A stretch of 64,000 nucleotides of DNA from NCBI GenBank assembly GCA_947575605.1, contig CANPNZ010000002.1, positions 31,020-95,019 of the forward strand. Reading direction: 5' to 3'. Below are positions 52,066 through 61,858 of this stretch, in pieces. A program made the position numbers and the translations under genes. The notes under the pieces were generated by a model, which worked only from the letters and a program-made list of their open reading frames with translations, did no database searches and was not told the origin of the DNA. The first letter of the stretch is position 1. Each line of letters starts with the position of its first letter. The stretch is from an uncultured Clostridium sp. Lineage in GTDB: Bacteria > Bacillota > Clostridia > TANB77 > CAG-508.

Positions 52066-53100
52066 TTAAAACTTTTTCCAGCACTGAGGATCTTTTGAAT
52101 AAAAGTTTCCAGTTAAACATTTGGCTACCGAAGGACATCCTCTGCAAAAGTTCTTGATTTCACATTTAGAACAATGTTCAAATTTATCATACTGACGGTA
52201 TTTGTCCATTTCTTCACCATTGAAGATGTCATAGAAAGATTGCTCTGGAACTTTTCCTACAGGTGTTTCACTTCTTCTACAAGCATAAACTGTTCCATCT
52301 GCCAAAGTTGTTATGTGGGTAATTCCACAATGACATCCATCAAGAATCAGGTCATTTGGATTGTCAATCTCGTTAGGATTAAATAACCCTTTTTCATACA
52401 GATACAATTTCCAAAGATGGTCTTTCAAGGCAAACCTTGTGTCACATTCCTGATTTTGCATGTACTTTTCCCACATCTTATCCAGAAAATCTCTGTATTC
52501 TTCAGGTTCAACCATCAAATCGAAATCTTCAGGGCTAGGGCAATATCTTGCAAAACTAAAATTGCTAACTTTGTGTTTTACTACGATGTCCACTAATTCA
52601 GGAATTTCTGCAATATTTGTCTTTGAAACTGTTGTCATGATAGCAGTTTTGATTTTGCTACCCTCAAAATACTTTAAAGCATCCAAAGTAGCATCAAAAG
52701 AACCAGGCTTACGAATAAAATCGTGAGTTTCTCTCAAACCGTCCAATGACATTTGAAAGTTTATACAACCTAAATCTTCCAACTGCTTCACAACATCATA
52801 GTCCAAGTGGAACGGATTACCTAAAAGTCCAAAATGAACTTTATGTTCTTTGAGTATCTCCAGAAAATCCCATATTTTTTCGTAAAGTAAAGGATCTCCT
52901 CCTGTAATTACGAGGAAAGGGTCTCTGTTCAGCCTGTCACAACTTTGAATAAAATCTTTCAAAATTGCTTTCAATGTGCCTAAATCAAGTTCAAGACCAC
53001 ATTTTTTGTCTTTACCTTCATAGATGTAGCAATGCTTACACCGCTGATCACATCTATCAGTGATATGCCATTGCATACTGAATTTTGTTCTTTCTGCCAT
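52066..53100 (-). CDS. radical SAM/SPASM-domain peptide-modifying enzyme
   Basis: CDQRCKHCY (CxxxCxxC) cluster; C-terminal Cys-rich SPASM region (CHCG...CRRSE...CSKCEIKNFCRGCP). The ORF track starts upstream at 53181. Confidence 0.85.
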   Translation of the reverse strand: MAERTKFSMQWHITDRCDQRCKHCYIYEGKDKKCGLELDLGTLKAILKDFIQSCDRLNRDPFLVITGGDPLLYEKIWDFLEILKEHKVHFGLLGNPFHLDYDVVKQLEDLGCINFQMSLDGLRETHDFIRKPGSFDATLDALKYFEGSKIKTAIMTTVSKTNIAEIPELVDIVVKHKVSNFSFARYCPSPEDFDLMVEPEEYRDFLDKMWEKYMQNQECDTRFALKDHLWKLYLYEKGLFNPNEIDNPNDLILDGCHCGITHITTLADGTVYACRRSETPVGKVPEQSFYDIFNGEEMDKYRQYDKFEHCSKCEIKNFCRGCPSVAKCLTGNFYSKDPQCWKKF

Positions 53101-53204
53101 TATAAATCCTCCTTTTAGGGCAAGAGACACCTCTAAAAGAGATGCCTCTGCTTTGTTGAAACTAATGTGTGCTGTCGACAATACACATTATTCGTTCATC
53201 TGTA

Positions 53205-53423
53205 TTAACTACAAGATATCCTGCAAGATGTGCAAGCTCCACAGGAACAACTACTGCATTCTGTGTGACCGCTTGAGCAGCTACAAGAACAAACTGCAGC
53301 AACTACTTTGACTCCAGCTCCAACTAATTTAGCCTTTGCAGACTTCATAAAGTTCTGAGCAGAGTTTTTCCCAATGTAGTTTACACTGGGATTCCAGTAA
53401 TTTGTCCGTGCCATTCTGTTCAT
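53205..53423 (-). CDS. Cys-rich RiPP precursor peptide candidate (72 aa; 9 Cys in the last 31 residues)
   Basis: Leader MNRMARTNYWNPSVNYIGKNSAQNFMKSAKAKLVGAGVKVVAAV, then core CSCSCSSGHTECSSCSCGACTSCRISCS. RBS AAAGGAGAA. Immediately upstream of the rSAM/SPASM gene. Confidence 0.6.
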   Translation of the reverse strand: MNRMARTNYWNPSVNYIGKNSAQNFMKSAKAKLVGAGVKVVAAVCSCSCSSGHTECSSCSCGACTSCRISCS

Positions 53424-53508
53424 AGTGCATTCTCCTTTCCATAAAATTCCAACGGGTTGCTTAGAGCAATATTTACTGCCCTAAATAATACATAAAGATG
53501 TATTATAC

Positions 53509-53733
53509 TTACATAATATCATGTTTGGAATATTTTGTCAATAGTTTGTATTCTTTTACTTGACCATATGATAGATTACTCATTCCTATATTCAATTCTT
53601 TATCTATTCCATTTCTAATAATATCTGCTTTATATCTTCCTTGAGCTTTTGCAATATTCTTTATCATTTTCTTTTTATATCTTGGTATTCTTATTACCAT
53701 TGTTACTAATTCTTCATCTTTATTCTTTTTCAA
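53509..53733 (-). CDS. ribbon-helix-helix (CopG/Arc-like) DNA-binding protein
   Basis: VIRIPRYKKKMIKNIAKAQGRYKADIIRNGIDKEL fits the beta-alpha-alpha RHH pattern. Confidence 0.4.
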   Translation of the reverse strand: MKKNKDEELVTMVIRIPRYKKKMIKNIAKAQGRYKADIIRNGIDKELNIGMSNLSYGQVKEYKLLTKYSKHDIM

Positions 53734-53942
53734 ATTTTACCTTCATTCTTTTTTACTTTTTCATATCAAAATTACCTTAAAGTAATTTTGCAGGATCAGG
53801 GCGACGTCTCGAACCCCCATAACTGCCTAAAAGCGTAGCTTTTATCAGTATACACTTTCATTATAGCGATGTCACATAGACATCTCGTTTTTTGGTTAGA
53901 AAAAACCAATATAAATCCACAAATTTATATTGGTTTTCACTT

Positions 53943-54248
53943 TTATTTCAATTCTTCTTTTAATTTTATTCCATCTTTTAGTCCTGCAAAATAATATTTC
54001 TTATGAAAATAATAACTTTCAAAATCAATTGTTTCTACATAATCTTTTATCAACTTTTCAATGCTATCTTTTAGCCAATTAAGATTATATGGAATTTTTT
54101 CCAATTCTTTATTTAAACAATCAGATTTTTTAATTTTATTCGCTTTATCCTGACACATAAACTTCTTGTCTTCATCTGTAATAAAAGCCACATCTTCTTC
54201 TCTTGCTTCAAATATTGTTTCTAGCATATTGATTTTTTCTTTCTCCAT
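53943..54248 (-). CDS. hypothetical protein
   Basis: ORF only. Confidence 0.3.
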   Translation of the reverse strand: MEKEKINMLETIFEAREEDVAFITDEDKKFMCQDKANKIKKSDCLNKELEKIPYNLNWLKDSIEKLIKDYVETIDFESYYFHKKYYFAGLKDGIKLKEELK

Positions 54249-54311
54249 TTAACATCACCTCCTATTGGTGTGTGATGTTAACTCTTCTTGAAATTAATGT
54301 CAAGATAATTC

Positions 54312-54734
54312 TTAAAAGTTATTCGCATATAAACTTGTCCAATCAGAATCACTATAATCTCTGTCACTTTTATATTTATTTTTATGATTACTTTTTATCT
54401 CTTTAACATTTGTATTAATAGGTTTAGTATCAAATTGTTTATATGTATCAACATTTTTGTATATAGGTGTAATCTTCCTTAGAGCTATTTCTTTCGAATT
54501 TTCTTTATAAATCATTTCTACTTTTATATATCCTTTTTTCTTAAGTGAATTAATAATTCTTGAAGATTGTATTTTTGTAATACTTAATAATTCACTTATA
54601 TATAAATTTGACATAATACATTCTTTTTCTTTGCTTAAATATAAAATCATAGAATAAACTATTTTTTCTTTATCATTTAATTTTATATCCATTAATATTT
54701 CATAAGGTATCCATACTCCTTTAAATTCTTTCAA
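54312..54734 (-). CDS. winged-HTH DNA-binding protein (putative element replication/maintenance protein; paralog at 59812-60252)
   Basis: ISELLSITKIQSSRIINSLKKKGYI HTH; about 85 % identical paralog in E2. Confidence 0.5.
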   Translation of the reverse strand: MKEFKGVWIPYEILMDIKLNDKEKIVYSMILYLSKEKECIMSNLYISELLSITKIQSSRIINSLKKKGYIKVEMIYKENSKEIALRKITPIYKNVDTYKQFDTKPINTNVKEIKSNHKNKYKSDRDYSDSDWTSLYANNF

Positions 54735-54904
54735 TACTTTATTTTCTTTCCAATCAATCGCTCGACGATCGATTTCTAAGCCATTAAATTTAAAATTCGA
54801 TTAACTTATCAATATCGAAAATTATAAGCAATATCAGGCATTTTATTTATTCATCCAAAGATTTAGACTTTACGGGTGTAAAGTCTTACAATGTGGGGAG
54901 TTTT

Positions 54905-56484
54905 TTATATTAGTTTTTCAACATCTACTTTTAAATCAAATTTTACAGTTTTATCACTATAAATCCATATTTTATCTATTATATTTTCTAAAACATATCT
55001 GCTTGGTATTTCTTTTGCAATAATTTCATCGAAATACTCTATTGTATTTTTTAGCTTTTTTATTTTTTCTTTTGAAATTTCTTGTTCTTCTTTGTTTAGT
55101 ATTTCTTGTAATTTTTCTATTTTGTTTGTTTTATCCAGTTCTAATTCTTTATATGTATTTTCTATCATTTGTTTTTGATATTCATTTGTACTTGATGCTA
55201 AATCTTTTATTTTTTGGTTTAATAAAACTTTATATTCTGCCTTTAAAGTTTCAAGTTCATATTTAATCTTTTCTTTATTAGTTTGCATATTAGTAGTTTT
55301 TGTCTCAATTTCTATTTTAGTTATTTCATCAATATATTTTTGTCTTGTAAATTTTAGAAACTCCTTTAAATGAATAATCATATCAGTTTCTTTTATTTCA
55401 TGACATTTACATCTTGTTTTCCCATAAGTTCTATACTGGGAACATTCATATCCTTTTTGCTTTTGTTTTCGATTCATGGTTATACCGACTTACTCCAAAT
55501 CCACAATCACCACATTTAACTAATCCAGAAAAAGCATAGTTTCTTTTTCTTGTCCCGACAAGTACTTTTTGAATTTGCTTTTCTTTTTCTAATTTCTTGT
55601 GCTAATTCAAATGTTTCTTTTGAAATGATTGATTCATGATGATTTTCAAATACAAAATGTTCTTCTTCTGGAAGTTTAATTGCTCTGCCTCGTATAGAAA
55701 CAGTTTTCTTTTTATGAGTTCTTAAGTTTCCTGTGTATACATCATTATTTAAAATATTACTTATCATATAGGTAGACCATAATTTTTGTACAGGATGTTT
55801 GTATATTCTTCCTCTTTCTAAATGCTTTTGTTGATAATATACAGAAGGAGTAGGGTAGTCATATTTGCTATTCAAAATATCACAAATTTTCTTTCTACCT
55901 AAACCATCTTCAATATATAGTTTATATATTAATTCTATAACAGGTCGTATTTCTTCATCTACATATAACTTTGTAACATCTTCTGTATCTTTTACATAAC
56001 CATAATAATTTCCCATTATTAATCTTCCCGATTTTTGTTTAGAATACATATGATCTCTTGTCTTTCTTGAACAGTCTTTTACATATCTTTCGTTAAACCA
56101 TGTTGTAATTCCAATTGTATCATCTCTGTCATTTAAAACATCATAAGTTCCTCCCATTTCTGAAACTAGAATTAAATTTTTTTGCATATTTTTGAATTCA
56201 TCAATAAGTACTAAAACTTTTCCATTGTTTCTTCCAATTCTTGATAAATCTTTTGCTATTACAACATCAATTTTTCCTCCTTTTACTTTTTCAATCATTT
56301 TTGAAAATTCAGGTCTATTAAAGGTATATCCCGAAACATTGTCATCTATGTAGAAGTCTTTGTCTTCGATAATCCAATTACGAGAAATAGCATAATCTTT
56401 TATAATTCTTTTTTGCTCTTCAATACTTGCATAATTTTCTTTATCTTCATCTCTAGACAGTCTACAATATCCTACAATGGTCAT
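54905..56484 (-). pseudogene. large serine recombinase paralog, disrupted by at least 2 frameshifts in the zinc-ribbon region (55480-55570)
   Basis: N-terminal 340 aa about 80 % identical to the 49379-50959 product. Middle segment RNYAFSGLVKCGDCGFG is readable only in a third frame. The C-terminal 190 aa continue in a third ORF. Confidence 0.8.
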
Positions 56485-56527
56485 TTTTTCCTCCTCACTT
56501 GACCTGATATTGCCTATGTGCTGTATG

Positions 56528-56761
56528 TTAGCATACATTGTCTGTTAATTCCACCTGTTTCACAATAATTCTTTCAAGAATTTCGGGATAATTCTCTTTT
56601 CCTGATATAAAAATAGCTATATAATACTTTTCTTTTTTATATTTTTCAATTTTTGCTTTTGTTTCTTGTTTTTTCAGTTCTTCTTCCGTTAAATAAATTT
56701 GCATATATTTGGTATTAGAGATTTCATTAGAAGTAATTTGCATTCTATTTAACTCCTTCAT
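56528..56761 (-). CDS. small conserved protein upstream of recombinase (paralog of 50997-51230)
   Basis: Paralogy and position. Confidence 0.45.
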   Translation of the reverse strand: MKELNRMQITSNEISNTKYMQIYLTEEELKKQETKAKIEKYKKEKYYIAIFISGKENYPEILERIIVKQVELTDNVC

Positions 56762-57054
56762 AATATTTCTCTCTAAATATTATGCAAAAAGAAATACCAA
56801 TTATTTCTTTTTGTCTAAAAATTACTTTAGTAAAATTCTAATACTCTAATTTTTATTATTTTTCAAAAGCATCCCTCCTCTATAATATAAGAACACAAAA
56901 ATTTTATTAAATGGGTATTTTTAATAAAATCTTTCATATATATAAACACATTTTTTTCTATTAAATGTTGCATTTTTTGAAAAATTTATATTTTTTAATA
57001 TTTTATTCTTTTTATAAATTTAGTAATAAATGAAGATTTAACATATAAGAACAA

Positions 57055-57150
57055 AAGGGGCATGATTAATTTTTTTGACCTTTTAGATTCTTTACATGTC
57101 CCGTTTTTGTTCGCCCGCGAAAATTGCTAAGCAATTTTCTGTGGAATGCT
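57055..57150. repeat. Family D hairpin repeat, copy 2
   Basis: Matches the reverse complement of 15680-15780. Confidence 0.6.
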
Positions 57151-57235
57151 TTATATTCTAGGAAGTTCGGAGAATTTTCCTAGAATATAAAAAAGTAACT
57201 ATTGATATAGCTACTTATATAATCTTATTATTCAA

Positions 57236-57559
57236 TTATTCGTCTTTTAAATATTTTTCCCAATCCATAAAAGCATGACCGATTCTTAATACTAATACTT
57301 TAGATTTTTCTTCATCAACTATATAAAATATTATATAATTTCTTACATTGATTTTTCTAATATTTTTATGACCTGTCAAATCTTCATTTAAAATAAGCAT
57401 ACTTCCTGCTACATTTTCTAAATCTTTCAACTTTTGTTTAAATAAGAGTTTGTATTTGTCTGCTATAATATCTCCTGCTAGATTATATCGAAGATATGAA
57501 ATAATATTTTCTAAATCTTGTTCGGCAGTTTCTGAAATTTCCACTATATATTTTTTCAT
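57236..57559 (-). CDS. RelE/ParE-family type II toxin
   Basis: ParE/RelE-like length and motifs (YIIFYIVDEEKSKVLVLRIGH). Confidence 0.7.
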   Translation of the reverse strand: MKKYIVEISETAEQDLENIISYLRYNLAGDIIADKYKLLFKQKLKDLENVAGSMLILNEDLTGHKNIRKINVRNYIIFYIVDEEKSKVLVLRIGHAFMDWEKYLKDE

Positions 57560-57577
57560 AACATTTGCTCCAGTCTT

Positions 57578-57835
57578 TTACATATTATCTATTTTAGAAA
57601 AAACTTCATCTAAAGAATAGACTTTATTTTCTTTTATATCATCTAGTCCTTTTTGTAACTTTTCTTTTAAGTCTTTTTTACTTTTTATTGTTATACTCTC
57701 TGGAGCTTCTGTATCTATATATGATATTTTTAAATATTCAATAAAATTAATGACTTGATTCGTAAGTTCTTCTGGTAATGTTTCAATTTCATTATATAAT
57801 TTTTGTTTTTCTATAGACATATTGATTACCTCCAT
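57578..57835 (-). CDS. antitoxin partner of the ParE/RelE-like toxin
   Basis: Small acidic protein immediately upstream, 18-nt gap. Confidence 0.55.
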   Translation of the reverse strand: MEVINMSIEKQKLYNEIETLPEELTNQVINFIEYLKISYIDTEAPESITIKSKKDLKEKLQKGLDDIKENKVYSLDEVFSKIDNM

Positions 57836-58049
57836 AATAAATTTATACTATTATTATAGCATTTTTCCTTTCAAAAATCTATGAATTTGAGAAAATATTT
57901 TATATCTTAAAAAATAAAATATTTTTTGTTTTATCCTTTATAAAAAAAGTAACTATTTTAAATAAAACCATCTAAACAATAACTTGAGTATCTAATTGCT
58001 TTCAAGTCTTTTTATGTATCTTATTAAAAATTTATTATATTATGAAAAA

Positions 58050-58397
58050 TTACATTTGCAAATTTAATTCAAATCTTTCTATAAATCCTATCCATTCTCC
58101 TTTTTCATTCTTGACCCCTTGCATATAAACTCTTTGATTCCTAGCAGTTACGCATACAAACATTTCTTTTCCATTGCTTTTAATTCCCTCATAACCTTTT
58201 TTTATTCTTTCAATAGATTTTTCACTACTATGGCATTTAAATAGACTTTTTCCTATTAAATTTTTATATCCTCTTTCTTCATAATAATGGTATTGTGCAT
58301 TTTTATTCATAAATCTAATAATATAGTCATTATCTACAAAAACAATAGGATATGGATAACTATTCAAAATTCCTTTTAACATTTCTAATTCTTCCAT
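58050..58397 (-). CDS. PAS-domain protein
   Basis: PAS-like core (ILNSYPYPIVFVDNDYIIRFMNKNA...). Confidence 0.45.
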   Translation of the reverse strand: MEELEMLKGILNSYPYPIVFVDNDYIIRFMNKNAQYHYYEERGYKNLIGKSLFKCHSSEKSIERIKKGYEGIKSNGKEMFVCVTARNQRVYMQGVKNEKGEWIGFIERFELNLQM

Positions 58398-58529
58398 AAA
58401 TATTTCCTCCCTTAATCATTTATAATTATTATATTATTTTTTCATAGAAAACAAGCGAAAACAATATATTTTAAAAAAAGTTGTAATTTAATTACCCATA
58501 ATATAATAATGTTTTTTTCATCTAAAAAG

Positions 58530-59402
58530 TTAATTTAATTTGAATTGACTAGCCAATTTATCGATTGTAATGCCACCTCTATTTTTCCAATCAATTTCAA
58601 TACTGTTAAATCTTTTATCTTGGAAATTATTAAGTAGCTCTATCTCTTTATTCTCTAATGTAAAATCTAAAGATTGTAAATTACTATCTATATTTTGTAT
58701 TGTATTAGTTTTTATGATTGTATTTAAACCTTTCTCTTTTATCATCCAATTCAATAAAATTTGATTTTGTGTCCTATTATATTTATTTGCTAATTCTACT
58801 AAAAAAGGATAATTTCTTTTAGCTATATTATTTCTTCTTAATGCTTGATAACATACAAATTTAATATCATTAGATTTACAAAAATCTATTAAACCTATAT
58901 TTTCGTAATATTTACATTCTAAATTATACACACCTTCAAAACTATATAGTTTAAAATATTTTTGGATTTCTTTCAATTCTTCAAAAGAAGTATTGCTTGC
59001 AGATATGTATCTAATTTTTCCTTTTTCTACTAACTTGCTTATTTCTTCATATGTTTCTAGTAATGGTATCTTTAACGCATAAGATATATGAACTTGCAAA
59101 GCATCTACATAATCAATATTCATTCTCTTTAAATATTCATCTAATTGTTTTTCTACATCTTCTTTTTTCTCTATGTAAGGTTCTAAATGACAAGTAAGAA
59201 ATATATTGTCTTTACTCACTTGTTTAAAAAAGTCACCTAGAAAGTCTACAACATTACAATTATCGTATAAAAGACTTGTACTCATAAAATTTTGCCCTTT
59301 ATTAACAGAATATAATAATGATTGTAAAGTCTTATCTTTGTTTTCTAAATCAAGTTTATATGTACCTATTCCAATTGGATTAATTTTATTTAATTCTATC
59401 AT
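58530..59402 (-). CDS. aldo/keto reductase family oxidoreductase
   Basis: AKR motifs IGIGTY, DALQVH, GKIRYISASN, ILLNWMIKEKG. Confidence 0.75.
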   Translation of the reverse strand: MIELNKINPIGIGTYKLDLENKDKTLQSLLYSVNKGQNFMSTSLLYDNCNVVDFLGDFFKQVSKDNIFLTCHLEPYIEKKEDVEKQLDEYLKRMNIDYVDALQVHISYALKIPLLETYEEISKLVEKGKIRYISASNTSFEELKEIQKYFKLYSFEGVYNLECKYYENIGLIDFCKSNDIKFVCYQALRRNNIAKRNYPFLVELANKYNRTQNQILLNWMIKEKGLNTIIKTNTIQNIDSNLQSLDFTLENKEIELLNNFQDKRFNSIEIDWKNRGGITIDKLASQFKLN

Positions 59403-59811
59403 AATTTCTCCTCAATTTTACTCTTAGTATTTTCTCTTAAAACCATTATACCATATGTTTCTTTATAAAACTACTATTTGATTATAATTTTTTCTGCCTT
59501 ACCAATAATCAAAATTGCTAAAAAGCAATACAAAATGCATACTGAGACTGTAAAAAAATCAAAGATTTTAACAGCCTCAGCATTTTGCAGGATCAGGGCG
59601 ACGTCTCGAACCCACACAACTACCTAAAAACGTGGTTTTTAGCGGTATACGCTTTCATTATGGCGATGTCAAATAGATGTCTCGTTTTTTGTCAGAAAAA
59701 AGCCAATATAAATTGATAAATCTATATTGGTCTTCACTTTTATTTCAATTCTTCTAATTTTATTCCAACTTTTAGTCTTTCAAAATAATATTTTTGATGT
59801 CAAGATAATTC

Positions 59812-60252
59812 TTAAAAATTATTCGCATATAAACTTGTCCAATCAAAATTACTATAATCTCTGTCACTTTTATATCTGTAACCATTTTTATTATATATCT
59901 TATTATTATTTATTATTTCTTTAACATTTGTGTTAATAGGGTTAGTATCAATTTGTTTATGGGTATTAACATTTTTGTATATAGGTGTAATCTTTCTTAA
60001 GGCTATTTCTTTTGAATTTTCTTTATAAGTCATTTCTACTTTTATATATCCCTTTTTCTTAAGTGAATTAATAATTCTTGAAGATTGTATTTTTGTAATA
60101 TTTAATAATTCGCTTATATATGAATTTGACATGATACATTCTTTTTCTTTGCTCAGATATAAAATCATTGAATAAACAATTTTTTCTTTATCATTTAATT
60201 TTGTATTTATTAATACTTCATAAGGTATCCATACTCCTTTAAATTCTTTCAA
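59812..60252 (-). CDS. winged-HTH DNA-binding protein (paralog of 54312-54734)
   Basis: Paralogy. Confidence 0.5.
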   Translation of the reverse strand: MKEFKGVWIPYEVLINTKLNDKEKIVYSMILYLSKEKECIMSNSYISELLNITKIQSSRIINSLKKKGYIKVEMTYKENSKEIALRKITPIYKNVNTHKQIDTNPINTNVKEIINNNKIYNKNGYRYKSDRDYSNFDWTSLYANNF

Positions 60253-60399
60253 TATTTATTTTTCTTCCCAATCAATCGCTCGACAATCGATTTTGTGCCA
60301 TTAAATTATAAAATTTGATTAACTTATCAATATCGAAAGTTATAGATAATATCAGGCATTTTCATATTTTTTTCAACGTTCCCCAAATTGTAAGAATAG

Positions 60400-60545
60400 A
60401 CGGGGGTAAAATCGCCTGGATGTGAAAATAATACTAACCATTTTCCTTGATAATCTTCTAGTTTAATTTCTCCAAATGTTGTGTTTGCTTCAAACTCTGG
60501 AGCTTTTTGTCCGATTTTAACATTTCCATTCATCATTAATTCATA
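60400..60545 (-). pseudogene. 1-Cys peroxiredoxin, N-terminal fragment ([15 protein letters not shown]...[11 protein letters not shown])
   Basis: Ends exactly at the FTPV of the peroxidatic-Cys motif and then reads through into element DNA. Confidence 0.8.
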
Positions 60546-60624
60546 ATCCATAAAAAACAAACTCCTCTCATTTTTTATATCATATGAGAAAAGTTTGTTT
60601 TGGTTACATGATTTATTAGATTTG

Positions 60625-61191
60625 TTATTTACCACACAATTTTCTTTGAACCTCTTTTAATTCTTCAACTCCTTTACTTTGTTCTTTTATAATAGCATCT
60701 GCAACCGCTTTTAATCTTGGATCGATACGATAAGATAATAAATTTTTACACATAGCAATGGCACCTTCATGATGTGGTATCATTTCATTGGTAAAATCTA
60801 AATTGATATACACACATTTAGGAGTATTTTTCATTCTTTCTATCATGTTCTTGGTAATTTCTAAGTACTTTTCTTCATAACATTTTATATCTTGTATCAT
60901 GTTTTGATATCCATAGTTGGTTCTTGCAATTTCTTTCATTTGCTCAATTCCTTCTGTCTGCCTTTTAATAATATTTTTTGCTATTTGTTGTAAGGGTTGA
61001 TAAGTTGTATATTCTAATAAGTTTTCAGACATATAAATGGCTGCTTGATGATGTGGAATCATACATTGTATAAAATTAATGGTTATACTGTTTGTTACCT
61101 CTTGTGATAACATCTTTTCTGCCATTTGATTTAAAATTTCATCAAATCGAGATAAATATCTTTTGGCTCTCATAATTTGTCTATTATTCAT
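60625..61191 (-). CDS. DUF305 domain protein (two MIPHHxxAI motifs)
   Basis: Duplicated HH motifs typical of DUF305. Confidence 0.7.
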   Translation of the reverse strand: MNNRQIMRAKRYLSRFDEILNQMAEKMLSQEVTNSITINFIQCMIPHHQAAIYMSENLLEYTTYQPLQQIAKNIIKRQTEGIEQMKEIARTNYGYQNMIQDIKCYEEKYLEITKNMIERMKNTPKCVYINLDFTNEMIPHHEGAIAMCKNLLSYRIDPRLKAVADAIIKEQSKGVEELKEVQRKLCGK

Positions 61192-61350
61192 CTATTACAC
61201 TCTCCTTTTTGTTTTCTTTCTATATCATATAAAATTGGTACAAAAATGTTACTGTTATATAATAAACTAATTTTAACTTGTCAAAAGGCGAAATAAGATA
61301 ATTTATATTATTTTGTATATTTTTACAAATTGGGGACATACTTTTGATAT

Positions 61351-61536
61351 GTGGTGATTATTATGACAAGTAAAGAGCTTTTATATGTTGAAGATGCCTT
61401 AGGACACGAAAACTTTATGAAAACATGTAGTAAAAATACAGCATCTCAATTACAAGATGTTACTCTTTCAACTTATATAGGAGAATTAGAGCAAAAACAT
61501 ACTGAGATTTTTAATAAATTTTTAAATTTATTATAG
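61351..61536 (+). CDS. small CotF-like spore coat protein partner
   Basis: Small ORF directly upstream of a Coat_F protein; weak similarity. Confidence 0.35.
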   Translation: MVIIMTSKELLYVEDALGHENFMKTCSKNTASQLQDVTLSTYIGELEQKHTEIFNKFLNLL

Positions 61537-61548
61537 GAGGTATCTTTA

Positions 61549-61797
61549 ATGCAAGACAAAGATTTAATGGAAAAAGAACTATTGATTATTAAAGGTGTTT
61601 GTGATTTATATCTTCATGGAACAATTGAATCTTCTACTGCTGAAGTTCACTGTGCCTTTAAAGAAGCATTAAATGAATCTTTAGATATTCAAAATAAAAT
61701 TTATAACCTAATGGCTGAAAAAGGTTGGTATAAAATGGAAAATGCTGAACAAACTAAAATTGATAGTGCTAAGCAAAAATTCAGTGCTAATAATTAA
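61549..61797 (+). CDS. spore coat protein F-like (Coat_F domain)
   Basis: Coat_F pattern (KELLIIKGVCDLYLHGTIESSTAEVHCAFKEAL...MAEKGWY); AGGAGG RBS. Confidence 0.6.
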   Translation: MQDKDLMEKELLIIKGVCDLYLHGTIESSTAEVHCAFKEALNESLDIQNKIYNLMAEKGWYKMENAEQTKIDSAKQKFSANN

Positions 61798-61858
61798 TTT
61801 AAAAAGAGGAGAATCACTATTTTGGTTCTCCTCTTCTATTTTTTATAATCATCTTATC

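Larger units (their letters stand above)
49352..60400. mobile_element. ~11 kb tandem pair of large-serine-recombinase integrative elements inserted in the peroxiredoxin gene (E1 49352-54895, E2 54896-60400)
   Basis: Split prx halves flank the block. Two paralogous recombinase genes (rec2 49379-50959, rec3 54905-56484) each sit at the same relative end. E1 and E2 share duplicated end modules (53770-54900 ~ 59560-60365). Confidence 0.8.
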
